From contig DASPFU010000035.1 in the NCBI GenBank assembly GCA_035620935.1, positions 1 through 44,461 of the forward strand: a DNA stretch of 44,461 nt, read 5' to 3'. The notes under the pieces were generated by a model, which worked only from the letters and a program-made list of their open reading frames with translations, was not told where the DNA came from and made no database searches. Origin of the DNA: Gemmatimonadales bacterium. Lineage in GTDB: Bacteria; Gemmatimonadota; Gemmatimonadetes; Gemmatimonadales; GWC2-71-9. Below, piece by piece: positions 25,145 to 33,356 of the stretch (its first letter is position 1; every line of letters begins with the position of its first letter). The translations under genes and the position numbers were made by a program.

Positions 25145-28108
25145 TCAGTCGGCCGGCACCGGCTGGGGTGTGCGGACCCGCTCGAGGCGGACGGCGCACA
25201 CCTTGAGCTGCGCCATCTTGGCGTAGGGATCGAGCGTCGGGTTGGTCAGCAGGTTGGCGGCCGCCTCGCGGAAATGGAACGGGACGAACACCTGGCCGCG
25301 GGCCACCCGGTTCGAGACGCGCACGGCGGTGACGAGATGGTTGCGCCGCGACGTGATGCGCACGAGGTCGCCGTCGGACACCTCGAGCGCGGCGGCGTCG
25401 AGCGGATGTACCTCGACGATCGCCGTCGGCTCGCGGGCGTCGAGGCCCGTGGCCCGTCGCGTCATCGTCCCGGTGTGCCAGTGGTACAGCTGGCGCCCGG
25501 TGTTCATGACGAACGGGTACTCGGCGTCGGGCAGCTCGACCGGCGGCGCGTACGTCACCGGGACGAAGGTCGCGCGGCCGTCCGCGGTCGGGAAGCGGTC
25601 GTCGAACAGGAACGCCATGCCCGGGTGGTCGGCGGTGGGCACCGGGTACTGGAGTCCCGCGCCCTCGAGGCGCGCGTACGTGACGCCCGCCCACGAGGGG
25701 GTCACGGCGGCGATCTCGCGGAACGCGTCCTCGGCCGTGGGGAACGGCGCCGGCAGGCCGAGGCGGGTCGAGAGGTCCACCAGAATGTCGAGGTCGCCGC
25801 GGGCCTGTCCCGGGCTCGGGATGGCCTGATGGCTCAGCTGGATGCGGCGTTCGGTGTTGACGAAGGTCCCGGTCTTCTCGGCGAACGACGAGCCCGGCAG
25901 GACGACGTCGGCATAGCGCGCCGTCTCGGTGAGGAACAGGTCCTGGACGGCGAGGAACTCGAGCTCGCGGAACCACGCCTCGGCGTGCGCGATGTCGGGG
26001 TCGGAAATGATCGGATTCTCGCCCATGATGTACATGGCGCGCACGCCGCTCCCCGGCTTGGCGATCTCCGTCACCATGAGTCCCTTCTTCAGGGACATCG
26101 CCTCCGGGTCGACGCCCCAGGCGCGGGCGAACCGCTCGCGCACGGCCGGGTCGGTCACCGGCTGATAGTCGGGGTAGGCGAACGGGATCGCGCCCATGTC
26201 GGAGGCGCCCTGCACGTTGTTCTGGCCGCGGATCGGGATCATCGCCGCGCCCCAGCGGCCGATCATCCCGCACGCGAACATCAGGTTGAGGCACGTCGTG
26301 ACGATGTCGGTGCCCGTCGCGTGCTGCGTGAGCCCCATCGCCCACAGGGTGCTGGTGTTCGGTCCGCGCGCGTAGATCTCCGCCGCCCGTCGCATCAGGT
26401 CGGCCGGCACGCCGCAGATCTTGGCCGCGGTGTCGGGATCGTACGGCTGCACCGACTCGCACACCGCGTCGAAGCCATGGGTCCGGGCGGCGATGAAGGC
26501 CCGGTCCTCGAGCCCGCTGGCGATGATGTGATGCAGCATGCCGGCGTACAGGGCCACATCGGTCCCGGGCTGCATCTGCAGGTGGATGTCGGCCCGGTCG
26601 GCGAGCTCGGTGCGGCGGGGGTCGGCGACGATGAGGGTCGCGCCGCGCTTGTGGGCGCGCTTGATCGCCGCGCCGAACACGGGGTGCGACTCGGTGGTAT
26701 TGGCGCCCGCGATGAAGATGACGTCGGCGGCGTGCTCCACCTCGCGCATCGAGCCCGACGCCGCCGCGGTGTTGATGGCGCGCTGCATCGCGGCCACCGA
26801 CGTCGAGTGGCACAGGCGGGTGCAGTGGTCGACGTTGTTCGTGCCGATCGCGCCGCGGAACAGCCGCTGGAGGACGTAGTTCTCCTCATTGGAGCACTTC
26901 GCCGACGAGAAGCACGCCAGGGCGTCCGGGCCGTGATCCGTCTTGACGCGTCCCAGCTCCTGGGCGGCGAGCTCCAGCGCTTCGTCCCAGGTGGCCTCGC
27001 GGAACGGTTCGTACCAGGCCGCCGGAGTGGCGACGCGGTCGCGGATGTCCTGGTCGAGGCGCTCGAGCAGGGGCAGCTCGCGCACCGACTTGCCGGTGGC
27101 GCGCGGCGCCGTCCCGTGCTTGGTCACTTCGCCGCCTTCGGCTTCGATCGACCGCCATGGTCCCACGCGGCGGTCGGCGCCGCTGGCGCCGGTCCACACC
27201 CAGCCGCTGTCGCGCCGCACCCAGCCGCGGCGGATCAGGGGCGTGGTGAGGCGGTCGCGGTGCTGGGGGAAGTCGTACCCGAACCGGCCCTTCACGCACG
27301 TCGAGCCCTGGTTGGGCGTGTCGAGCTCGATGTCGGGGGACGTGACGCGGACGATCCGATCGTCCGCGACGTGCAGGTCCACCTGGCAGCCGACGCCGCA
27401 GTAGGGGCAGACCGAACGCACCACCCGGTCGGGCGCCCGGATCTGCTCCGGCCGGAACCGCTGCTGCGGCAGCACCTCGAAGATGGCGCCGGTGGGGCAC
27501 ACCCGGACGCACTCGCCGCACCAGGTGCACCCGGCCCGGTCGGGATCGCCGTCCGCCCCGACCACGATCTGCGCGTGCTCGCCGCGGTGACCGACGTCGA
27601 GCACGCCGACGACCTGGATGTCCTCGCACGCCCGCACGCAGCGGGTGCACAGGACGCAGGTCGTCATGTCGTGCCGGATCATCGGGTCGCCGGGGCGTTC
27701 GTCACCGGCGCGGAGCGGGAGGTCGCGACCGGCGACCGCCGTCGGGTCCACGCCGTAGCGCACCACGTAGCGCTCGAATTCGTTGCGCGGCTGCTCGCGG
27801 CCGCCGTCGCGGAGGTGGTCCGCCGGGTAGCGCTCGAGCAGGAGGCGCAACACCCCGCGGCGGTTCTCCACCGCGGCGTGGGACTCGGTCGTGACCGCCA
27901 TCCCGTCCGCGACCTTGGTCGCGCAGGCGGGCATCAGCTTGGGCTGGCCCTCCACCGAGACCAGGCAGATGCGGCAATTCCCCACGATCGGGAGGGTGGG
28001 ATACCAGCACAGGGTGGGGATGTCGATGCCCGCCGCGCGGGCGACGTCGAGAATGGTCTGATCAGGAGTCCCCGTGAGGGGGCGACCGTTGATGGTCAGG
28101 GTCGGCAT
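25145..28108 (-). CDS. fdhA: Formate dehydrogenase alpha-subunit-like molybdopterin oxidoreductase with N-terminal 2Fe-2S/4Fe-4S domains (Cys-type)
   Basis: 'MPTLTINGRPL...CWYPTLPIVGNCRICLV' is a 2Fe-2S domain, and several CxxCxxC clusters follow. 'HCTRLCHSTSVAAM' aligns with the Sec/Cys active-site motif, and the Cys codon is at 26810-26812. ATG 28108 was chosen over the track start at 28249. Confidence 0.86.
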   Translation of the reverse strand: MPTLTINGRPLTGTPDQTILDVARAAGIDIPTLCWYPTLPIVGNCRICLVSVEGQPKLMPACATKVADGMAVTTESHAAVENRRGVLRLLLERYPADHLRDGGREQPRNEFERYVVRYGVDPTAVAGRDLPLRAGDERPGDPMIRHDMTTCVLCTRCVRACEDIQVVGVLDVGHRGEHAQIVVGADGDPDRAGCTWCGECVRVCPTGAIFEVLPQQRFRPEQIRAPDRVVRSVCPYCGVGCQVDLHVADDRIVRVTSPDIELDTPNQGSTCVKGRFGYDFPQHRDRLTTPLIRRGWVRRDSGWVWTGASGADRRVGPWRSIEAEGGEVTKHGTAPRATGKSVRELPLLERLDQDIRDRVATPAAWYEPFREATWDEALELAAQELGRVKTDHGPDALACFSSAKCSNEENYVLQRLFRGAIGTNNVDHCTRLCHSTSVAAMQRAINTAAASGSMREVEHAADVIFIAGANTTESHPVFGAAIKRAHKRGATLIVADPRRTELADRADIHLQMQPGTDVALYAGMLHHIIASGLEDRAFIAARTHGFDAVCESVQPYDPDTAAKICGVPADLMRRAAEIYARGPNTSTLWAMGLTQHATGTDIVTTCLNLMFACGMIGRWGAAMIPIRGQNNVQGASDMGAIPFAYPDYQPVTDPAVRERFARAWGVDPEAMSLKKGLMVTEIAKPGSGVRAMYIMGENPIISDPDIAHAEAWFRELEFLAVQDLFLTETARYADVVLPGSSFAEKTGTFVNTERRIQLSHQAIPSPGQARGDLDILVDLSTRLGLPAPFPTAEDAFREIAAVTPSWAGVTYARLEGAGLQYPVPTADHPGMAFLFDDRFPTADGRATFVPVTYAPPVELPDAEYPFVMNTGRQLYHWHTGTMTRRATGLDAREPTAIVEVHPLDAAALEVSDGDLVRITSRRNHLVTAVRVSNRVARGQVFVPFHFREAAANLLTNPTLDPYAKMAQLKVCAVRLERVRTPQPVPAD

Positions 28109-28115
28109 TGTCTTA

Positions 28116-28143
28116 TAAATACCCGACGACAGGGCAGTTGCAA
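28116..28143 (-). promoter_or_regulatory. Putative fdhA promoter TTGCAA-16 nt-TATTTA, with the -10 box 7 nt from the ATG (leaderless geometry)
   Basis: The minus strand reads TTGCAActgccctgtcgtcgggTATTTAtaagacaATG. No SD is present, and this is the only AT-rich patch in the spacer. Confidence 0.4.
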
Positions 28144-28163
28144 GGTCGTCAGGGATCAGTAGC

Positions 28164-28282
28164 GTTCCCAGACGCCGGACAAGTTCCCAGACGCCAAGGG
28201 TGAAGTGGTCGCCAGCCGTCAGTTGCACGGAGCCGACCGGCGACTGCAACTTGGAGCCACTTCATCCTTGGCGTCTGGGAAC
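28164..28282. repeat. REP/MITE-like palindromic element built on a 26-nt unit GTTCCCAGACGCCAAGGGTGAAGTGG
   Basis: There is a half copy at 28164-28176, a full copy at 28183-28208, and an inverted copy at 28257-28282 (25/26 complementary) after a 48-nt spacer. A further copy is at 33316-33341. Confidence 0.8.
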
Positions 28283-28284
28283 TA

Positions 28285-28312
28285 CCCTGATTCCTGTTTC
28301 CTGATTCCTGCC
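28285..28312. repeat. Tandem heptamer tract CCCTGAT TCCTGTT TCCTGAT TCCTGCC
   Basis: The 7-nt period was read directly. The tract abuts the REP-like element, 15 nt upstream of the tldD-like ATG. Confidence 0.8.
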
Positions 28313-28326
28313 GACCGGAGACTCGT

Positions 28327-29895
28327 ATGGACCGTCGCCAATTCCTCGGAACCACGGCTGGCGCTGTCGCGGCGGTCGGGCTGGCCCCCAGGCTGCCCCA
28401 GGGCGACCCGGCGATCCGCGATCTCTGCCTGCGCGCCCTCGAAGCCGCTCGGACTGCCGGCGCGAGCTACGCCGACGTGCGCGTGGGGCGCAATCGCTCG
28501 CAGTCGGTGGCGACCCGCGAGCAGCAGATCACCGGGGCGAACGAGTCCGAGACCTTCGGGTTCGGCGTACGGGTGCTGGTGGACGGGGCGTGGGGGTTCG
28601 CGGCGAGCCGCGAGCTGACGCGCGACGAGGTCGTGCGGATCGCCCGCAGTGCCGTGGCGCAGGCGCGGGCCAACCGCCGGGCCACGCGGCGACCGGTCAT
28701 GCTGGCCCCGGTCGATCCCGTGAAGGACGGGCGGTGGCAGAGCCCCATCGAGATCGACCCGTTCAAGGTGCCGCTCGAGGACAAGGTGCAGCTGCTGCTC
28801 GCGGCCAACGCCGCGGCCCTGCAGGTGCCGGGAGCGCGGTTCGTCAATTCGTCGCTGGCGTTCTTCCTCCAGGAGAAGACCTACGCGTCGACCGACGACG
28901 TGTTCACGGTGCAGCAGATCTACCGCTGCCTGCCGCAGATGACGGTGACCGCCGTCGATGCAGGGGGTGGCGGCTTCGAGACCCGCAATTCCGCGGAGAT
29001 CGCGCCGATGGGCCTGGGGTACGAATGGGTCCTCAAGGCCGACCTGGCGGGCAACGCGCCGCGCTGGGCCGAAGAGGCGGTGCGCAAGCTCACGGCGAAG
29101 TCGGTGGAGGCGGGGTCGTACGACCTCGTGCTCGACCCACACCACCTCTTCCTCACGATCCACGAGTCGATCGCGCATCCGACCGAGCTCGATCGCGTGC
29201 TGGGATACGAGGCGAACTACGCGGGCACGAGCTTCGCGGCGCCACCCGAGGCGGTGCTGGGCAAGCTGAAGTGGGGCCCGGAGTTCATGACCATCCAGGG
29301 CGACCGCTCGCAGGCGGGGTCGCTGTCGGCGTGCGGGTGGGACGACGACGGGGTCGCGCCCGAGACCTACCAGATCATCCGCAACGGCGTGCTGGTGGAC
29401 TATCAGACCACGCGGGACCAGGTGGAGTGGATCCGGCCGTACACCGGTCGGACGCGCTCGCACGGCTGCTCCTACGCCGAGTCGTGGGCCGACGTGCAGT
29501 TCCAGCGGATGCCCAACGTGTCGCTGTTGCCCGGGGAGCGGGACCTGACGGTGGACGACCTCATCGCCGCGACCGACAAGGGCATCTACATCGTGGGACG
29601 CGGCTCGTACTCGATCGATCAGCAGCGCTACAACTTCCAGTTCGGCGGCCAGGCGTTCTACGAGATCCAGGGCGGCAAGATCGTCGGGATGCTGAAGGAC
29701 GTGGCCTACCAGGCCCGGACGGTGGATTTCTGGAACTCGCTCGACATGCTGGGGGGGCCGCGGTCCTACACCCTGAACGGCTCGTTCAACGACGGGAAGG
29801 GCCAACCCTCGCAGTCGAACGCGGTGAGCCACGGGTGCCCGCCCGCGCGCTTCGGGAATGTGAACGTGATCAACACGGGGAGGTACCGTGGCTGA
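28327..29895 (+). CDS. Tat-exported TldD-family (peptidase U62) metalloprotease
   Basis: The twin-arginine signal is 'MDRRQFLGTTAGAVAAVGLAP'. 'FGFGVRVLVDGAWGFA' is present, along with the HExxxH motif 'IHESIAHPTELD'. GGAGA precedes the ATG. Confidence 0.87.
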   Translation: MDRRQFLGTTAGAVAAVGLAPRLPQGDPAIRDLCLRALEAARTAGASYADVRVGRNRSQSVATREQQITGANESETFGFGVRVLVDGAWGFAASRELTRDEVVRIARSAVAQARANRRATRRPVMLAPVDPVKDGRWQSPIEIDPFKVPLEDKVQLLLAANAAALQVPGARFVNSSLAFFLQEKTYASTDDVFTVQQIYRCLPQMTVTAVDAGGGGFETRNSAEIAPMGLGYEWVLKADLAGNAPRWAEEAVRKLTAKSVEAGSYDLVLDPHHLFLTIHESIAHPTELDRVLGYEANYAGTSFAAPPEAVLGKLKWGPEFMTIQGDRSQAGSLSACGWDDDGVAPETYQIIRNGVLVDYQTTRDQVEWIRPYTGRTRSHGCSYAESWADVQFQRMPNVSLLPGERDLTVDDLIAATDKGIYIVGRGSYSIDQQRYNFQFGGQAFYEIQGGKIVGMLKDVAYQARTVDFWNSLDMLGGPRSYTLNGSFNDGKGQPSQSNAVSHGCPPARFGNVNVINTGRYRG

Positions 29896-31237
29896 GGGAC
29901 TGAGCCGCGCCGAGGCGCGCCGCCTCGCCGACCGCGTGCTCGCGCTGTCGCGGGCCGAGGGGTGCCAGGTGAGCATCGGGTCGGGCGTGGACGGGAACAC
30001 CCGGTTCGCGGCGAACCAGATCTCGACCTCGGGGGACACGGCGAACGCGGTGCTCACCGTGAGCTCCCGGTTCGGCAAGCGGCAGGCGTCGGCGACCACC
30101 AACGTGTTCGACGACGCCGGCCTGCAGCGCGCCGTGGAGACGAGCGAGCGGCTCGCCCGGCTGGCGCCCGAGAACCCGGAGCTGATGCCGCTGCTGTCGC
30201 CCCAGACCTACGGGGCGGTGGCGGCGTCGTTCCCGGTCACCGAACGGCTCGATGCGGCCGCGCGGGCCGATGCGGTGCGCACCGCCGCCGACGCGTGCGA
30301 GGCGGCCGGGCTCCAGGGCGCGGGCTTCGTGCACCGCACCGCGGGAGCGAATGCCGTCGCCAACTCCGGCGGACTGTTCGCCCACCACCACTCGAGTGAC
30401 GCGGCCTACACGCTGACGGTCCGCACGCCGGACGGGCAGGGCTCGGGATGGGCGGGGACGGCGCACAACGACTGGACGCGGATGACGCGTGCGTCCGCCC
30501 TGGCCGACCGGGCCATCAGCAAGGCGCGCGGCAGCCGCGCGCCGGTCACGCTCGAGCCGGGGAAGTACGCCGTGGTGCTCGAGCCGACCGCCGTCGGCAA
30601 TCTGCTGGGCCTGATGGCGTTCGCGATGAACGCCCGGGCCGCGGACGAGGGACGGAACTTCTTCGCGAAACGGGGCGGCGGCACCAAGCTCGGCGAGCGC
30701 GTGGTCGATGAGCGGGTCACCGTGCTGTCGGACCCGGCGGACCCCGATCTCCTGGAGCAGCCGTTCACGGGCGAAGGGCTGCCCGTCGGTCGCACCGTGT
30801 GGATCGAGAACGGCGTCCTGAAGAACCTCGCCTACGACCGCTTCTGGGCCGACCGGAAGGGTGTGGCGCCGGTGCCGTTCGGCGGCGGCATCAGGCTCGT
30901 GGGCGGGACGGCCACGACCGAGGAGCTGATCGCCCAGGTGCCCCGCGGTCTGCTGGTCACGCGGTTCTGGTACATCCGCGGGGTGGACCAGCGCAGCCTG
31001 CTGTTCACCGGGCTGACGCGTGACGGGCTGTTCCTGATCGAGAACGGCAAGGTGACGCAGGCCGTGCGCAACTTCCGTTTCAACGAGAGCCCGGTGATCA
31101 TGCTGAACAACCTGGAGGCCATCGGCCGCGCGGAGCGGGTGGCGGCGTCCGAGTCGGGCGGCGTGGGCGGGAGCGTCGTGGTCCCGCCGCTGCTCGTGCG
31201 GGAGTTCACCTTCACGTCGATCAGCGAGGCGGTGTAG
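29888..31237 (+). CDS. PmbA/TldE-family partner protein (peptidase U62)
   Basis: GTG overlaps the TldD-like stop by 8 nt. 'GNTRFAANQISTSGD' and the C-terminal 'GLFLIENGKV...VRNFRFNESP' are typical of PmbA/TldD-family proteins. Confidence 0.83.
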   Translation: MAEGLSRAEARRLADRVLALSRAEGCQVSIGSGVDGNTRFAANQISTSGDTANAVLTVSSRFGKRQASATTNVFDDAGLQRAVETSERLARLAPENPELMPLLSPQTYGAVAASFPVTERLDAAARADAVRTAADACEAAGLQGAGFVHRTAGANAVANSGGLFAHHHSSDAAYTLTVRTPDGQGSGWAGTAHNDWTRMTRASALADRAISKARGSRAPVTLEPGKYAVVLEPTAVGNLLGLMAFAMNARAADEGRNFFAKRGGGTKLGERVVDERVTVLSDPADPDLLEQPFTGEGLPVGRTVWIENGVLKNLAYDRFWADRKGVAPVPFGGGIRLVGGTATTEELIAQVPRGLLVTRFWYIRGVDQRSLLFTGLTRDGLFLIENGKVTQAVRNFRFNESPVIMLNNLEAIGRAERVAASESGGVGGSVVVPPLLVREFTFTSISEAV

Positions 31238-31255
31238 CGGGGAGGTGCCCCTCGG

Positions 31256-31423
31256 CTATCGGCGGGGATCCACCGGCAGATGCCGGTGCACGTGGTCGTC
31301 GCCCTCGGCGTCGTCCGCGAACCAGCAGTACGCCCAGATCTTGGCGGGCCGGGCGCTGTCGCGGCCGGCGCGCAGGATGATGCCCAGGGGCTCGTCGTCG
31401 AGGATCAGCGGCAGACTCGTCAT
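31256..31423 (-). CDS. Small ORF (55 aa) absent from the ORF track: MTSLPLILDDEPLGIILRAGRDSARPAKIWAYCWFADDAEGDDHVHRHLPVDPRR
   Basis: Translated by hand from the minus strand. 51 of 55 codons end in G/C, matching real genes here, and the composition is balanced rather than Arg/Pro-rich. There is no clear SD and I recognise no family. Confidence 0.45.
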   Translation of the reverse strand: MTSLPLILDDEPLGIILRAGRDSARPAKIWAYCWFADDAEGDDHVHRHLPVDPRR

Positions 31424-31465
31424 GCCAGCGGTAATGGCAAGGACCCTGCCGCGGGGGCAACGTCT

Positions 31466-31493
31466 TAACTAGTTGTCACAAAAGAACTTCCAA
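31466..31493 (-). promoter_or_regulatory. Putative promoter TTGGAA-16 nt-TAGTTA upstream of the 55-aa ORF
   Basis: On the minus strand, TTGGAA is at 31493-31488 and TAGTTA at 31471-31466. This is the most AT-rich spacer in the window. Confidence 0.35.
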
Positions 31494-31515
31494 ATCATCT
31501 CGTAGCCGAGTGTCG

Positions 31516-32367
31516 TCACTTTGACACGTTCGAGCGCGTGTCGTCTTGACGCTCCGGCTTGATGGCCGCGAACCCCGCGCCGCGCGGGGTGCGCGGCCGT
31601 CGCACGATGTGCCAGTCGGCGTAGATCCGCTGCAGGGCGTCCGGTGCGATGGGGATGACCTCGGGGGTGTGCACCGGTGGCAGGACGAGGTGCACGCCGC
31701 CCGGCGACGTGCGGACCTGCAGGTCCCGGAGCGCCGCGGCTTGGGCCGCCTGGTGCGTCTCCGCGAACGCGGCGGGATCGACGACCGCCAGGGACGGGAG
31801 GCAGTCGGGGAACCAGCCGCCGAACTGCAGCACCAGCGCCTCGAAGCGGCCCGAGAGCTGCTCGGTGACGGCGCGTTGCTCGGCGGACTCGACGGCGCCC
31901 AGGTCCTGATCGAGCAGCAGGACGCGCGCGTCGTGCGCGGCGACGAACAGTGCGGCGGGAAGCCACCCCGACCCGACGACGACCACGGCGTCGCCCGGCT
32001 CGAGGCGAAGGGCGTAGTCCACCAGCAGCGAGTCCGGCTCGAGTCCCCAGTGCGTCGGCTGGCGCTGGGCGTCGCGCAGCGCGCGGTGCTGGCGCTTCCA
32101 CCGCGGGAACGACGGCAGCCGCAGGCGCTTCATGATGAGGCGGTCCACGTGCTCGAGCACGAGCACCTCGGTGAGCACGTACTGGTTGCCAGCGGCGACG
32201 TCGAGCTCCCGCACGGCCTCGTCGCCGAGGGCGAGGATCTCCTGGCGGCCCAGCGAGTCCTTGTATTCCTCGATGCGCTGCACCAGGAACTCGTGGTACT
32301 CGCGCCGCAGGGAGCGCGGGTCGAGCGCGGGCGGGCGCGGGCGGCCGCGCGGCGTGGATCTCAGCAC
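31516..32367 (-). CDS. Hypothetical two-domain protein; the C-terminal half has a Rossmann-like/SAM-methyltransferase-like beta-alpha-beta motif
   Basis: This is the in-frame 3' part of track ORF 31516..32700. Coding-like composition starts near GTG 32367, which overlaps the CDF stop (GTGCTGA). 'GDAVVVVGSGWLPAALFVAAHDARVLLLDQD' resembles a nucleotide-binding motif. The family is not recognised. Confidence 0.55.
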   Translation of the reverse strand: MLRSTPRGRPRPPALDPRSLRREYHEFLVQRIEEYKDSLGRQEILALGDEAVRELDVAAGNQYVLTEVLVLEHVDRLIMKRLRLPSFPRWKRQHRALRDAQRQPTHWGLEPDSLLVDYALRLEPGDAVVVVGSGWLPAALFVAAHDARVLLLDQDLGAVESAEQRAVTEQLSGRFEALVLQFGGWFPDCLPSLAVVDPAAFAETHQAAQAAALRDLQVRTSPGGVHLVLPPVHTPEVIPIAPDALQRIYADWHIVRRPRTPRGAGFAAIKPERQDDTRSNVSK

Positions 32368-33236
32368 GGCTCGACGTGCACCGTCACTTCGGTGAGCTCG
32401 AGATCGCGCTTGAGCAGCGCTTCGACGCGGTCGGCGATCACGTGGGCGTCCGCCACGTTGGCCGAGCCGTCCACCGCGATGGTGACCTCGGCATACCGCA
32501 CGTGCGACCGGCTGCCGCCGCGCGAGCGGATGCCGTAGGCGCCCCGCACCCCGGCCACGCTCTCGGCGAGGCTCTGGATCGTCGCCGTCGGCGTCGCACG
32601 CTCGTCCACCAGCACGGGCAGCGCGTGCTGGAAGATCTTGTAGCCGATCCGGACGATCAGCATGGCGATGGCGAGCGCGAGCACCGGGTCGACCCACCAC
32701 CAGCCGCGCCGGGCGACCAGCATGCCGGTCACGACGCCGATGGTGATGAACACGTCGGCGCGCGTATGGGCGGCGTCGGCGAGCAGCAGGTCATTCTGCA
32801 GCTGCTCGCCCCGGCGGTGTTCGTACCAGGCGACGAACACGTTCACCGCGAGGGTGACGAGCAGGATGGCGAGCTGCAGGTCCGAGAGCCGGGGTGGGGT
32901 GCGCGCCGCCAGCAGGCGCCCGATCGCGTCGCGCACCAGCTCGAAACACGTGATCGACATGAATCCGACGATCGCGAGCGTGCCCAGGGTCTCGAACTTG
33001 CCGTGCCCATAGGGATGGTCTTCATCGGGCGGCTTGGCGGCCGCCCGGACGACCACCAGCGCCAGGACATTGTTCATCGCGTCCGCGGTGGAGTGGATCG
33101 CGTCGCCCAGGACGGCGAGCGAGCCGGCCGCGAAGCCGATGACGACCTTCGCCCCCACCACGGCCAGGTTGGCGAGGAGGATCCCCCAGAGGACGCGGCG
33201 GACGGCGGCGGACCGGGAGGAGCCGAGCTCGGGCAC
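32361..33236 (-). CDS. Cation diffusion facilitator (CDF) family metal exporter
   Basis: Six hydrophobic segments are present, with 'LGDAIHSTADAMNN', 'DEDHPYGHGKFE' and a C-terminal cytoplasmic domain. Confidence 0.9.
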   Translation of the reverse strand: MPELGSSRSAAVRRVLWGILLANLAVVGAKVVIGFAAGSLAVLGDAIHSTADAMNNVLALVVVRAAAKPPDEDHPYGHGKFETLGTLAIVGFMSITCFELVRDAIGRLLAARTPPRLSDLQLAILLVTLAVNVFVAWYEHRRGEQLQNDLLLADAAHTRADVFITIGVVTGMLVARRGWWWVDPVLALAIAMLIVRIGYKIFQHALPVLVDERATPTATIQSLAESVAGVRGAYGIRSRGGSRSHVRYAEVTIAVDGSANVADAHVIADRVEALLKRDLELTEVTVHVEPC

Positions 33237-33276
33237 GGCTACAAGCTTGGAAGGGAGAGGAGAGAAATCAACCGGG

Positions 33277-33341
33277 GAGATGGCAGATGGCTGTGGGCAG
33301 ATGGCTGACCGGCAACCACTTCTCGCTTGGCGTCTGGGAAC
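33277..33341. repeat. Tandem heptamers (GAGATGG CAGATGG CTGTGGG CAGATGG CTGACCG) followed by a copy of the REP-like 26-mer
   Basis: 33316-33341 (CCACTTCTCGCTTGGCGTCTGGGAAC) is 23/26 identical to 28257-28282. The two copies share the flanks GACCGGC upstream and T(A/C)CCCTG downstream. Confidence 0.75.
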
Positions 33342-33356
33342 TCCCCTGGCACCTGC

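Noticed and set aside
26810-26812. Selenocysteine recoding in the formate dehydrogenase-like gene
   Set aside because: The active-site position is a TGC Cys codon. The frame contains no in-frame TGA, and no SECIS-like hairpin is required.
24677-28162. 1161-aa plus-strand ORF, the longest in the track
   Set aside because: It is antisense to tdh and fdhA, both of which carry unmistakable family motifs. Its composition is Arg/Gly/Ala/Pro/His-dominated, typical of shadow ORFs in very GC-rich DNA.
28109-28249. Upstream 47-codon extension of fdhA in the track (start 28249)
   Set aside because: The extension would translate the REP-like element and the AT-rich promoter patch. The conserved 2Fe-2S domain begins right at 'MPTLTING' (ATG 28108).
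28282-30102. 606-aa minus-strand ORF; likewise 34548..36197 (-), 37990..39489 (-), 39838..41202 (-), 8458..10071 (+), 454..1494 (-), 13271..14455 (-), 15569..17185 (-), 20950..22917 (+), 22757..24280 (+)
   Set aside because: Each is fully covered by an opposite-strand or other-frame CDS with recognisable motifs. All show the Arg/Ala/Gly/Pro/His-rich composition of non-coding frames in high-GC DNA.
31221-31472. Track ORFs 31221..31460 (-), 31245..31472 (+) and 31280..31468 (+)
   Set aside because: They are Arg/Pro/Gly-rich with no start context. The third minus-strand frame contains a much more gene-like 55-aa ORF, which I report instead.
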